Shown: positions 18,003 through 28,022, counted from the whole stretch's first letter. The stretch: 62,360 nt of DNA, filler included, from 7 parts of 7 records of this genome joined end to end with filler, not necessarily neighbours in it, one strand, 5' to 3'. Notes: a model not told the origin generated them from the letters alone. Made by a program: numbers and translations.

Positions 18003-18965
18003 TCAGTCGGGTTTCTTGAGTTCTTCGGCCTTGGGCAAATCTTTGAGTGAATTGAGGCCAAAGACTTCGAGGAATTTTTTGGTGGTGCCGTAGAGCATGG
18101 GGCGGCCGAGGATCTCGGCACGGCCGACGATCTTGACCAGCCCTTTGTACATGAGGCTGCGGATCACTTCCCCGACGGCCACGCCGCGGATGGCCTCGAT
18201 GTCGACGCGGATCACCGGCTGTTTGTACGCGACGATCGCCAGCGTTTCCAGCGCGGCCGGGCTGAGCTTGTTGTCGCCGCGGACCCGGAGCATCCGGCGC
18301 AGCCAGGTGTTGTACGTGCTCAGCGTCAGCATCTGGTGGCCACCTGCGATCTGCTCGATCCGGAAGGCGTTGTGATTCTTCTCGTATTTCTCGTTGAGGT
18401 CCTTGATGCACAAACGCACCTGTTTGCTCGTGGTCTCAACGATCTTGGCCAGGCGACTCTCCGTCAGAGGTTCGTCGGTGGCGAACAGAATCGCTTCAAT
18501 GACCGACTCTACCGTTGGAGCTTCTTCTTCCGTATCCTCAGCTTGATCGGGTTCCTCTGTGGCCTCTTCGCCTTTCTCTTCGGATTCGTCTTGCTCTACC
18601 GAGTCCTCCGGTTCCTCATCGCCGTCAACCGCTTCTTCGACGGCGTCTCCTTCTAATTCCTCGTCTTCATCCAGGGGCCTGGGCTGATCCTCTTCGAATT
18701 CCTCCTCCGCTTCAGCCGCGCCTTGGTCTGCGTCAGCATCGACAGGTTCGTCCGTTTCTTCTGCGTCCGTTTCCGCATCTTCGTCGCCGGCGTTCTGATC
18801 CTCGATCTCTACCGCTTCATCCGGCGTCTCGCTCTCGCCTATGAGTTCGTCTGTTTCCTGGCTGTCGGCGATCCGATCCTCGTCGGTGGCATCGATCTGC
18901 TCGTCCGTCTCTTCGAGACGCACCTGAGGCTCGTCGGCTGATGCTTCCCTGGGTTCTTGCGTCAT
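18003..18965 (-). CDS. scpB: SMC-Scp complex subunit ScpB with a long acidic N-terminal extension
   Basis: IEAILFA, LSPAALETLAIVAYKQPV, IEAIRGV, GRPMLYGTT..FL..FGL.SL.DLP; ATGA overlap with the Nif3 stop (alternative start 18977). Confidence 0.93.
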   Translation of the reverse strand: MTQEPREASADEPQVRLEETDEQIDATDEDRIADSQETDELIGESETPDEAVEIEDQNAGDEDAETDAEETDEPVDADADQGAAEAEEEFEEDQPRPLDEDEELEGDAVEEAVDGDEEPEDSVEQDESEEKGEEATEEPDQAEDTEEEAPTVESVIEAILFATDEPLTESRLAKIVETTSKQVRLCIKDLNEKYEKNHNAFRIEQIAGGHQMLTLSTYNTWLRRMLRVRGDNKLSPAALETLAIVAYKQPVIRVDIEAIRGVAVGEVIRSLMYKGLVKIVGRAEILGRPMLYGTTKKFLEVFGLNSLKDLPKAEELKKPD

Positions 18966-20074
18966 ACGTTCTTCCATGTGAAGGGGTCCGCGTCCGCTCT
19001 GCTAATCGTGATATTGACTGGTTTCATTCGGCTCTTGAGCTGCCGGGCCACTTTCTTCAGTATGAACCGCTCGGATACCGTGTGGCTCAGACAGATACAC
19101 GTCAGTCCGGCCTCCTGGGCCGCCAGCGCTTCGTGGTGCTTCATTTCGCCCGTCAGATACAGATCGGCCCCGGCCGCCATGACGGTATTGACGATCTTGC
19201 CGCACGTGCCGGCACAAACGGCGGCCGTCCTGACCACGCGCTTCGTGTCGCCCACCAGACCAACCGCCTTGGCCCCGGTCTGCTTCTTGATCCGCTCGAT
19301 GAGCCGAGGGACCTTGGCGGGCTCGCCCAGCGCGCCGATTCGGCCCAGGCCAAACCTGCTTGCATAACCGAAAAGCTTGAAAATGTCAAATGCCGGCATT
19401 TCATAGGGATGGGCCTCTTTCATCGCGGCCACGACCGCGTCCAGTTTGTCGGTCGGGACGATCGTCTCGAATCGCATCTCGTGGACGGTTTCGGTTTTGC
19501 CCCGCTTGCCGATTGCGGGTTTGGCGCCGGCCATCGGCAGGAACGTACCCGTGCCGTCGCCATGAAAGCCACAGTCGCGGTAGTTGCCGATCGCTCCGGC
19601 CCCCGCCTTGAAAACGGCGTTGGTCACCTTCTTCAGCGCATCGACCGGTACGAACACGACGAGCTTGTAGTTCTCCTGGGGCTCGTACTCGACGTAATCG
19701 CCCAGGGGTTTGGCGTCTTCGATGCCGAGCATTTCGGCCAGGCCGTCGTTGACCCCTCCGGCAACGGCATCCAGCGCCGTATGGATCGAGAAGACCGCAA
19801 TCCCAGCCCGAATCAGTTCATGAACCACGTGACTCGGGCCCGTGGCGAGCACCTGTTTGAGTCCGTCCCAGATCACCGGATGATAGCTGACGATCAATTC
19901 GGCTTTGAGCCGCCGGGCCTCCGCCACGACGGCCTTGGTCACGTCGATCGTCAGCAAAACGTTTCTGATCGGCTTCTCCGGATCGCCCACGAGCAAGCCG
20001 ACATTGTCCCAATCCTGAGCCAGACCCAGGGGGGCGATCTCCTCGACAACGGGGGCGATATCCTTAACTCTCAT
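18962..20074 (-). CDS. Nif3/DUF34 dinuclear metal protein with inserted PII/CutA-like domain
   Basis: WDNVGLLVG, YHP, HTALD, KLVVFVP…HPYE insert, TGEMKHH, H..SE; ATGA overlap with the upstream gene. Confidence 0.9.
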   Translation of the reverse strand: MRVKDIAPVVEEIAPLGLAQDWDNVGLLVGDPEKPIRNVLLTIDVTKAVVAEARRLKAELIVSYHPVIWDGLKQVLATGPSHVVHELIRAGIAVFSIHTALDAVAGGVNDGLAEMLGIEDAKPLGDYVEYEPQENYKLVVFVPVDALKKVTNAVFKAGAGAIGNYRDCGFHGDGTGTFLPMAGAKPAIGKRGKTETVHEMRFETIVPTDKLDAVVAAMKEAHPYEMPAFDIFKLFGYASRFGLGRIGALGEPAKVPRLIERIKKQTGAKAVGLVGDTKRVVRTAAVCAGTCGKIVNTVMAAGADLYLTGEMKHHEALAAQEAGLTCICLSHTVSERFILKKVARQLKSRMKPVNITISRADADPFTWKNV

Positions 20075-20934
20075 GCGGATCTCCGGCATTCCTCTTCGAT
20101 CATCTCGGTGAAGCGACGGCGCAACTCCCCGGTTACGGGGCCGACTTTGCCCGGGCCGATGGTGTGTTTCTCGACTCCAATGACAGGCAGGACCTCCATG
20201 ACGACATTGGTCAGAAAGACTTCGTCGGCCTCCAGGACATCGGAGATGTGGAGATCCTTCTCGACGAGTTGAATGGACTCCCGCTCGGCGATTCGGCAGA
20301 CAGTTTTTCGGGCGACGCCCGGCAGTACGGGGGTCTCGAGCGTCGGGGTGTACAGTACCGCGTCCTTGACCAGGAAGACATTGCTGACGCACCCTTCGGC
20401 CAGTCGGTTGTCGTCCGTGAACCACAGCGCCTCGGCGGCCTGTTTCTGGCGGGCCAGGGTCAGTGCGATCAGACGCGGGTAGTAGTTCGTCGTCTTATGG
20501 CCGCAGACCGGATCGGTCGTGTTCTGTCGGTAAGGGCAAAGCACCACCATGACGCCGGTCTGATAATACTCCGGCGGATAGAGCTGCAAGGGGGCCGCGG
20601 TGATCAGTAGCGTCGGTTGGACCCCGTCGGCCGAATCGGTGATCGGGCCGTTGGTCAGCGTCAGGCGCAGACGTGCCTCGGCCAAATCGTTGGCGCCGAG
20701 CAGTTCATAGATCGCCTCTGTCAGGTAGGGCTTGTCATGGTTGTGGTTGATGGAAAGACTCGCAGCGCTGCAGAACAGCCGATCCAGGTGGTCCTCCAGG
20801 CGAAAGACGACCCCGTTGTGGCTGCGCATGGTTTCGAACAGCCCGGCACCGTAAAGGAACCCACTGTCGGTGACGGGGACATGGGCCTGCTCGACATCGA
20901 CCAGTTTGTCGTTCAAAAAAACCTTATCACGCAT
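20071..20934 (-). CDS. Class IV PLP enzyme, probable 4-amino-4-deoxychorismate lyase (PabC) by context
   Basis: D.GFLYG.GLFET, HLDRL, HKT.NY (PLP Lys), EG..SNVF, LPGVAR; directly after pabB. Confidence 0.8.
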   Translation of the reverse strand: MRDKVFLNDKLVDVEQAHVPVTDSGFLYGAGLFETMRSHNGVVFRLEDHLDRLFCSAASLSINHNHDKPYLTEAIYELLGANDLAEARLRLTLTNGPITDSADGVQPTLLITAAPLQLYPPEYYQTGVMVVLCPYRQNTTDPVCGHKTTNYYPRLIALTLARQKQAAEALWFTDDNRLAEGCVSNVFLVKDAVLYTPTLETPVLPGVARKTVCRIAERESIQLVEKDLHISDVLEADEVFLTNVVMEVLPVIGVEKHTIGPGKVGPVTGELRRRFTEMIEEECRRSA

Positions 20935-20965
20935 ATGATCCTATCGTGGACGCAATTGCTCCGGC

Positions 20966-22246
20966 TTATGGCTCCTGCACCGCATCGATCCCGGCAAGAA
21001 GGGCCCTTGCCTTGGTGATCGTCTCTTCCCACTCGGCCTCCGGATCCGAATCGGCGACGATTCCCCCTCCGGTCTGCACGAAGGCCTTGTGGGCCGCGAT
21101 GATAACCGTTCGAATCGCAATGTTCAAGCAGACAGTCCCATCGAGCCCGATAAAGCCGATGCTGCCCGTGTAGACGCTGCGGTCGGTCGGCTCCAATTCG
21201 TCGATGATCTCCATCGCGCGGATCTTCGGCGCCCCGGTGATGGAGCCGCCTGGAAAGACAGCCCTGAGGACGCCGGTAAACGTGACGTCGTCGTGCAGTT
21301 GGCCGCCCACGGTGGCTACGGCGTGGAACACGGTCGGGTAGGTCTCGATGGTTCTGGGCTGGATGACCCGTCGCGTGCCCGGGCGGCAGATCCGGGCGAT
21401 GTCATTCCGTTCCAGGTCGACGATCATATTGAGCTCGGCCTGTTCCTTGGTGCTGCCGAGCAGCTCCCGAAAGTTCTGCGCGTTGCGTTCGGCGCTGTTC
21501 TTGTCGCCCGGGCCGAAGCGCCGCCGGGTCCCCTTGATGGGCTTGGTTTGGATCAGGCCATCGCCGATGGAGACAAACATCTCGGGCGACGCGCTGACGA
21601 TCTGGAAGTTGCCGGCGTCGATATAGGCGGCATACGGGCTGGGGTTGTGATGGTTCTGCCAGTGGAACAACTCGACCGGGCGGGCCGTGAAAGGGCGGTC
21701 GAATCGTTGCGAGAAATTGACCTGATAGACTTCCCCGTCGCGGATGTAGCGTTTGGTCTGTTCGACAGCCCGCAGATACTCCTCCTTGGTCATATTGCTC
21801 CGGACTCTCGACAGGTCGATGTGCTCAATGTCGGCCGTCCGTGGCTCGGTGATGAGGACGCTGCCGGATGTGTCGAGCAACCGCTCCAGGCCGGCCATCT
21901 TCTCCTGGGAAGATTCGGCGTCATCGGGCAGTTCCAGAGCCACCAGCCAGAATGTCCTGTTACGGTGGTCATAGGCGATCAGACGGTCATAGAAGCAGAG
22001 CCGAATCAGGGGAATGGCGAAATCATCGACAGTCGTCTGGGGCAGCCGCTCAATGAACCTGCCCAGTTCGTAACTGAAGTACCCGATCCACCCGCCACGA
22101 AAGAGACCTTTCGGCAGTTGCGGTGGCGGAGCGGTGTCTCCGATTGCGTATCGAGCGAAGCGTTTTTCCAGCTTGCCGAAGGGGTCTTTCTGGTTGGATG
22201 TGAATTCAAACACTTCTCTGGGTTCGGCGGCCCAATAGCTGAATCC
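20966..22246 (-). CDS. pabB: Aminodeoxychorismate synthase component I, 5' end truncated
   Basis: GWIGYFSYE, GEVYQVN, SASPEMF, PIKGT, AEL.MIVDLERND, FPGGSITGAPKIRAMEII, NIAIRT. Confidence 0.88.
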   Translation of the reverse strand, partial: GFSYWAAEPREVFEFTSNQKDPFGKLEKRFARYAIGDTAPPPQLPKGLFRGGWIGYFSYELGRFIERLPQTTVDDFAIPLIRLCFYDRLIAYDHRNRTFWLVALELPDDAESSQEKMAGLERLLDTSGSVLITEPRTADIEHIDLSRVRSNMTKEEYLRAVEQTKRYIRDGEVYQVNFSQRFDRPFTARPVELFHWQNHHNPSPYAAYIDAGNFQIVSASPEMFVSIGDGLIQTKPIKGTRRRFGPGDKNSAERNAQNFRELLGSTKEQAELNMIVDLERNDIARICRPGTRRVIQPRTIETYPTVFHAVATVGGQLHDDVTFTGVLRAVFPGGSITGAPKIRAMEIIDELEPTDRSVYTGSIGFIGLDGTVCLNIAIRTVIIAAHKAFVQTGGGIVADSDPEAEWEETITKARALLAGIDAVQEP

Positions 22247-22346
22247 NNNNNNNNNNNNNNNNNNNNNNNNNNNNNNNNNNNNNNNNNNNNTTAATTAATT
22301 AANNNNNNNNNNNNNNNNNNNNNNNNNNNNNNNNNNNNNNNNNNNN
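22247..22346. other. Artificial contig spacer
   Basis: 44 N + TTAATTAATTAA + 44 N. Confidence 0.99.
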
Positions 22347-23210
22347 CAGATCAAAGATCATTTCTTTTCTTCTGCATGCCCAGCACATGTATGCGACCGA
22401 AACAAAATATGATGCTGGAATTCGATGCGCTGTGCCTACTTTAACTCCAAGAACCGTCGTCTTGCCCCCCAGTCCCATAGGACCGATCTCAAGTTTGTTC
22501 AGTTTTTCATACAAACTATTCTCAAGATCATTCAATCCGGAATTGTCATTTACATCATTCAATTGACGGAACAACTGCTTTTTGGCTGTTTCATAACCTG
22601 AAATGCGATCTCCACCAATACCCACACCGATTATACCCGGCGCACAACCTTTTCCTTGGGCTTTCAATACAGCATCGATCACACAGGCTTCAACACCTTT
22701 CAAATCACGACCGGCGTTCAATTCGATATTCGGTAAACTATATTGGGCAGATACATTTTCAGAGCCACCGCCCTTGAGCAGGCATTTAACTCTGATCACG
22801 TTTTCATTGCATTCACTGAATTCAAGTGCGGGAATACCCACACCCAAATTATTTCCGCTATTTTTGCCGCTGATAGGATCAACTGCATTGGGACGCAAAT
22901 ACCCTTTTTCGGTAGCCAAAACCAATGCTCTTTCAATGCTGATCTTGATCTTTTCAGGTGATACGCAATTTGGATATGATACGAAAAATGAAGGCAAGCC
23001 CGTATCCTGACAAACAGGCCTGGACTTTTCCTTAGCCAATTCAATATTTTGTAAAATTGTCGAAAGAACCGAATGAGCGCTTGAATCCGATATTTCACTA
23101 TCTCGAGCCGTCTTCAATTTTTTCACAATATCGTCGGGAAGCTCACAACTTGCTTGCCGGATGCACTCCAGCACAGCAAGTGTGAATTCCTGTTCTATGA
23201 AAGGTTTCAT
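22347..23210 (-). CDS. Fe-S class I fumarate hydratase (alpha region), 3' end truncated
   Basis: PVCQDTG, LRPNAVD, KGGGSEN, GC.P…GVGIGG, GIGPMGLGG-like, CWACR. Confidence 0.9.
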
Positions 23211-23214
23211 TGTC

Positions 23215-24081
23215 TTATGGTTGAAAGATCTCTAAAAGATCATCAATGTTTTTTGCACCTTTGCTCGTAGATGCCTGAGCTTTTTTTGTAACATTTTCTT
23301 CAACGATCTCACCATATGTGGGACGTTTATTCTTATATATAACACCCAAAGCAAAATGATCTTCATGATTTGCAACGTCAAAAGCTGCCACTTCATTTGA
23401 TGGATCATATTTTTCATCAAGATATGTCACTTTTTCACGGATCAACTTGAATTGATCTTTGCCACGAAAAGTTACACAGGGAGACAAGACTTCAACAAAA
23501 GAAAATCCTTTGTGCTGAATGGCCTGTTTAACGATCTCTTTGGTATGCTTCGGATCTCCGGTAAAAGTCCTGGCAACAAACGAAGCATTGTAAGCAATCA
23601 ACATTCTGACTGGATTCAAGGTTGTACCCATATTACCATAGAATGTTGTTTTAGTCTTTACTCCCAGTGGAGTGGTAGGTGAAGCCTGACCTTTTGTCAA
23701 GCCGTAGATGTTATTATCCAGAACAAAATATGTGATATCAATATTTTTACGGGCAGCATGTCCGATATGGCCGGCACCGATTGAAAAACCGTCACCATCA
23801 CCACCAACTGCAATGACAGTGGTTTCGGGAGAGGCCATTTTTACACCCGTCGAAAGAGGCAAAACTCGGCCATGCACACCATTAAATGCATATGCATTCA
23901 TATATCCCGGCAAGCGGCTGGAACACCCGATACCTGAACAAATGGCGGTATTTTCCGGCTGAAGTTGAAGCTCTTCGAAGGCCTTGGTCAGGGAGTTCAT
24001 GAAACCATAATCACCGCAACCCGGACACCAAATAGGTTTTAATCCGCTTTTATAATCTTTTGCTGTTAATACGTCGCTCAT
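23215..24081 (-). CDS. 2-oxoacid:ferredoxin oxidoreductase beta subunit
   Basis: WCPGCGD, SGIGCS, HGR, GGDGD, DN.IYGLTKGQ.SPT, SPCVT; ATGA overlap with the alpha subunit. Confidence 0.93.
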   Translation of the reverse strand: MSDVLTAKDYKSGLKPIWCPGCGDYGFMNSLTKAFEELQLQPENTAICSGIGCSSRLPGYMNAYAFNGVHGRVLPLSTGVKMASPETTVIAVGGDGDGFSIGAGHIGHAARKNIDITYFVLDNNIYGLTKGQASPTTPLGVKTKTTFYGNMGTTLNPVRMLIAYNASFVARTFTGDPKHTKEIVKQAIQHKGFSFVEVLSPCVTFRGKDQFKLIREKVTYLDEKYDPSNEVAAFDVANHEDHFALGVIYKNKRPTYGEIVEENVTKKAQASTSKGAKNIDDLLEIFQP

Positions 24082-25871
24082 TTTTCCGCCTCCATCTTTT
24101 CCCATTCTTCTTTGATCTTATCCAATATCTCTTCTACCATGAAAGGAGCACCACCGGTTTTACGGAAAGGTGTTACCTGACAGCCGTACTGGCTAAATCT
24201 TAAGAATCCTCTCAAATAACGACGGAACTGGCCGGCATAGGATAGTTCGGGAATGATCACACGTTTTTTGTTTTTAATAAAATTCTTGAACGGTTCGATC
24301 AAGAAAGGAAAGATCAATTGGGGTATGATAGCTCCGACAGAAATTCCCATCTCATTTGCTTTTGCAACCGCTTCTTTAACAGCACCCTTTGTGGAACCCC
24401 AGGCAATAATACCCAGTTTGGCATCTTCCGGACCATAGAAACGTTCAAAGCGGAATTCATGCTTGATATGTTCGAATTTCTTCCAGCGTTTATCGGTCAT
24501 TTCCTGATGCGTCTTCACATCTTGTTTGGGCCAGCCATTTTCACCATGTTCGATACCCGATCCAAGGTATTGTCCGCCCTTAATACCGGGATAAGTGATC
24601 GGCGATACACCGCATTCGGTCAGTTTGAAGCGTTTGTAGTCTTCAAGTTCAGCCTCTGTTGGTATATCACGTTTATACGTCAGTCTGAAACCCTTTGCAT
24701 TTGAAACAATTGAATCCGGATGTACAGATTCTTTGCGATGGCCAATAAATTGATCGGAAAGAACAATAACAGGCATCTGATATTTTTCGGCAATATAAAA
24801 TGCCAATACTGTACAATCAAAACAATCCTCAACATCAGAAGGAGCAATGACCACTCGCGGTGAATCACCATGTGAGCCCCAGATCGCTTGCATCAAATCA
24901 GATTGCTCGGTCTTTGTCGGCAAACCTGTAGAAGGACCTCCTCGCTGGACATTGACAATTACAACAGGCAGCTCAGCAATTGAGGCGAGACCAATACCTT
25001 CATTCATTAAGGAAATACCCGGTCCGGATGTCGCCGTCATCGCTTTCTTACCTGCAAAGGAAGCACCGATGATGGCATTGATCGAAGCAAGCTCATCTTC
25101 CATCTGCATGGAAACCCCACCCTTTTGGGGAAGGAACCTTGATATCCATTCCATGATCTCGGTCGATGGCGTTATCGGGTATCCGGCATAGTAATCCAGC
25201 CCGGCATACATGGCACCTAAGGCTACGGCTTCATTACCTTGCATGACGAGACGCGGTTCTCGTCTTTCATATTCAAATGTTAAGGGATCTTCTTTTTTTA
25301 CATTTTCTTTAACATAATCCGCACCTGCTTTTAAAGCATTGAGATTGGAATCGATCACCTGGCGGTCTTTATACTTGAATTTTTTTTCTATAGATTTCTG
25401 CAAAGCTTCTGTAGGCAAGGAAAACAATTCTGATATGGCACCTAACATAACAATATTCTTTGCCAAGGTACCACCGCTTGATTCTTCAGATAGTTTTGCA
25501 AAAGGGATCTTATACCAGAATTCGCGTTGCTCTTCTGTCAACGGTACATCTTCATCCGGCATCGGATCATTCATATCACTCACTATCATGACTTTTTCTT
25601 CCAGAAGCATCTCTTCCTTAAAGCGCATAAAATTGCTCCAGCTGAGAACGACCAGAATATCTATCCTGTCTCCTTGAGCTTGAACCGGCAAATCACTCAT
25701 TCTAACGCGTACTGAACTTTCACCGCCACGTATCTGCGGCCCGAAGCTTTTCAGCATAAAAACGAATAGCCCTTCGCTGGATGCTGCATTGACCAGGATC
25801 TCACCTGCGGAGATGACGCCGTCACCACCTGAACCGGCTATCCCGATCACGATGTTCTTGTTGTTTAACAT
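24078..25871 (-). CDS. 2-oxoacid:ferredoxin oxidoreductase alpha subunit (gamma-alpha fusion)
   Basis: GSGGDGVIS, IRGGES, GNEA, YAGYPITPSTEI, TATSGPG, VQRGGPSTGLPTKTEQSDL. Confidence 0.93.
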   Translation of the reverse strand: MLNNKNIVIGIAGSGGDGVISAGEILVNAASSEGLFVFMLKSFGPQIRGGESSVRVRMSDLPVQAQGDRIDILVVLSWSNFMRFKEEMLLEEKVMIVSDMNDPMPDEDVPLTEEQREFWYKIPFAKLSEESSGGTLAKNIVMLGAISELFSLPTEALQKSIEKKFKYKDRQVIDSNLNALKAGADYVKENVKKEDPLTFEYERREPRLVMQGNEAVALGAMYAGLDYYAGYPITPSTEIMEWISRFLPQKGGVSMQMEDELASINAIIGASFAGKKAMTATSGPGISLMNEGIGLASIAELPVVIVNVQRGGPSTGLPTKTEQSDLMQAIWGSHGDSPRVVIAPSDVEDCFDCTVLAFYIAEKYQMPVIVLSDQFIGHRKESVHPDSIVSNAKGFRLTYKRDIPTEAELEDYKRFKLTECGVSPITYPGIKGGQYLGSGIEHGENGWPKQDVKTHQEMTDKRWKKFEHIKHEFRFERFYGPEDAKLGIIAWGSTKGAVKEAVAKANEMGISVGAIIPQLIFPFLIEPFKNFIKNKKRVIIPELSYAGQFRRYLRGFLRFSQYGCQVTPFRKTGGAPFMVEEILDKIKEEWEKMEAEK

Positions 25872-26091
25872 TGTTCCCTTACCCTTTATTCAAATTGAAA
25901 AAATATTTTCTTCTTATAAACACGAAAACGCTTGTAAAAGCGTCATATTTCTCGTCCCCTAATTTCATTAGTTACAACCACTTGAATCAATTAATTTTCG
26001 GTGTTAAATTAACTCTATTCAAACAACCATTAAACTTACTCTTATTTAGTTTTAAATGTCAACTAATGTTTGTGTTTTTTTATAATAAAAG

Positions 26092-26200
26092 AGCGCTGAG
26101 CACTGTGAAGATGAGCACTGAGATCTCTTGCATTTTCCCAGAGCCCAAAACTCAGTGCTCAGTGCTTTCTTTTGCCTTTTTACTTTTGCCTTTTACCTTG
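26092..26200. repeat. Short tandem heptamer repeats in inverted arrangement (TGAGCAC/GTGCTCA) plus TTTTGCC-TTTTAC repeats
   Basis: AGCGCTGAGCACTG 26092-26105 and TGAGCACTGAG 26112-26122 are both complementary to CTCAGTGCTCAGTGCT 26151-26166. Confidence 0.6.
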
Positions 26201-26219
26201 TATTTCGTATTTTCAGCCC

Positions 26220-27101
26220 ATGAATAAAAAAGAACTCAAAACCGACATCATGCTGATCATTGCCGCAATTCTCTGGGGACTTGGTTTTGTTGCTCAACGC
26301 GATGGTATGAACCATATCGGGCCATTCTACTATACGGCGATCCGTTTCGGGATCGGTGTGATCTGTTTGCTGCCTATCTACTTTATGACCAGAAAACAAG
26401 AACGGAAGATCAAGATCGAAAAGAAACAGATCCTGTTTGCCGGATTGATCGTCGGTATCTTTCTCTTTTTAGGTGTCAACTCCCAGCAGATCGGACTTGT
26501 AACCACGACAGCCGGAAAAGCCAGTTTTATTACAGCATTGTACATGATCCTGGTGCCGGTTTTCGGACTCTTATTGGGACATAAGACCCGTCGGATCATC
26601 TGGGTCGCGATCTGTATTGCATTGGTCGGTTTATATTTCATGTCGATCAATGAAAGTTTTCAGATCGAAACCGGAGATCTTTTTATGATCGCCTGTGCCA
26701 TTTTCTGGGCTATCCACTTTTTATTCATTTCACACTATTCATCAAAGGTTGGAGCCATACGACTTTCTATATTGCAATTTCTTGTATGTGCTGTTTTATC
26801 ATTGATCGTTGCACTATTCATTGAAGATTCGCCCATACCCTCACTCGTGCCTGCTCTCCCCTCGCTTCTTTATGGTGGTATTGGCGCAGTGGGTATTGCC
26901 TACACCTTGCACGTTGTTGCCCTAAAAACAGCCAATCCTGCTTATGCTTCGTTGATCTTGTCTACAGAAAGTGTGTTTGGTGCCTTGGGTGGATGGCTGA
27001 TATTGCATGAAACTATGACCGGAAGACAAATTCTTGGTGCGGGATTGATCATGCTGGCGGTAATATTGACGCAAATAAAAAGAAACAAAGCAGTGGTGTA
27101 G
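26220..27101 (+). CDS. DMT/EamA family transporter
   Basis: About 10 hydrophobic segments; WG.GFVAQ, TTAGKASFITALY..LVP, ASLILS.ESVFGA. Confidence 0.9.
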   Translation: MNKKELKTDIMLIIAAILWGLGFVAQRDGMNHIGPFYYTAIRFGIGVICLLPIYFMTRKQERKIKIEKKQILFAGLIVGIFLFLGVNSQQIGLVTTTAGKASFITALYMILVPVFGLLLGHKTRRIIWVAICIALVGLYFMSINESFQIETGDLFMIACAIFWAIHFLFISHYSSKVGAIRLSILQFLVCAVLSLIVALFIEDSPIPSLVPALPSLLYGGIGAVGIAYTLHVVALKTANPAYASLILSTESVFGALGGWLILHETMTGRQILGAGLIMLAVILTQIKRNKAVV

Positions 27102-27125
27102 GGACGCAATGCATTGCGTCTTTAC
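27098..27125. repeat. GTAG-type REP element GTAGGGACGCAATGCATTGCGTCTTTAC
   Basis: Perfect 18-bp palindrome at 27103-27120 with GTAG…TTAC ends. Confidence 0.7.
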
Positions 27126-27149
27126 AATACATCATTATAGGATATCCAT

Positions 27150-28022
27150 ATGAGAATACCATTTCTACAAGCGATCAAAGAGAGTAATATCCTGGTCTCG
27201 GACGGAGCATGGGGTACATTTTTACAAGCTGAAGGCCTTCAGTCGGGTGAATGCCCCGAGGAATGGAATGTAACTCATCCTGATGTCGTTAAGAACATAG
27301 CAAATAGTTATATCGATGCAGGATCGGATATGGTTGAAACGAATACCTTTGGGGGCTCCCGACATAAATTGAATATGTTCGGGCTTGGAAATAGAACCTA
27401 CGAGCTTAACAAGGCCGGCGCAGAGCTGTCCCGTCAGGCCGCCGATGATAATAAATGGGTCATTGGATCAGTCGGTCCTTCCGGAACCATACTTATGATG
27501 GGTGAAGTCACAGAAAATGAACTATATGATGACTTCCTGGAGCAGGTCAAAGGTCTTGCTGACGGGGGTGTTGATGCTATATGTATTGAAACTTTTTCAG
27601 CTCTTGATGAAGCTCAATTAGCCATTGAAGCGGCTAAAACAACCGGGGTGCCGGTCATTTGCACCTTTACGTTTGAAAATGGTTTTTCCATGATGGGTGT
27701 AACACCCGAAGCTTATACAGAGAAAATGCTGGAACTTGGTGTGGACGTTTTGGGAACTAACTGTGGCAATGGATTGGAGGGCATGGTGGATTACGTTAAA
27801 AGCATCAGATCAATTGCTCCCGATAAACCCATTCTGATCCATGCAAATGCCGGTTTGCCCGTTATGCAGGGAACGGAAACCATCTATCCTGAAACACCTG
27901 AACATATGGCGTCTCAAGTTGAAGAGATCGTAAAAGCCGGTGCGAATATTGTTGGTGGATGTTGTGGGACAAGGCCCGATCATATAAAAAAGATCAAGAA
28001 TATTATTTCAGATATTAAGTAG
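27150..28022 (+). CDS. Stand-alone homocysteine S-methyltransferase domain protein (MetH Hcy-binding domain)
   Basis: DGAWGT, ETNTFG, GSVGP, IETF, GTNC, NAGLP, GGCCGT (three Zn-binding Cys). Confidence 0.9.
   Translation: MRIPFLQAIKESNILVSDGAWGTFLQAEGLQSGECPEEWNVTHPDVVKNIANSYIDAGSDMVETNTFGGSRHKLNMFGLGNRTYELNKAGAELSRQAADDNKWVIGSVGPSGTILMMGEVTENELYDDFLEQVKGLADGGVDAICIETFSALDEAQLAIEAAKTTGVPVICTFTFENGFSMMGVTPEAYTEKMLELGVDVLGTNCGNGLEGMVDYVKSIRSIAPDKPILIHANAGLPVMQGTETIYPETPEHMASQVEEIVKAGANIVGGCCGTRPDHIKKIKNIISDIK

Noticed and set aside
18941-22294. Long plus-strand ORFs (443 aa and 401 aa)
   Set aside because: Antisense shadows of the Nif3, pabC-like and pabB genes
26092-26200. Possible CRISPR array
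   Set aside because: Units are about 7 bp with no unique spacers of regular length, and there are no cas genes
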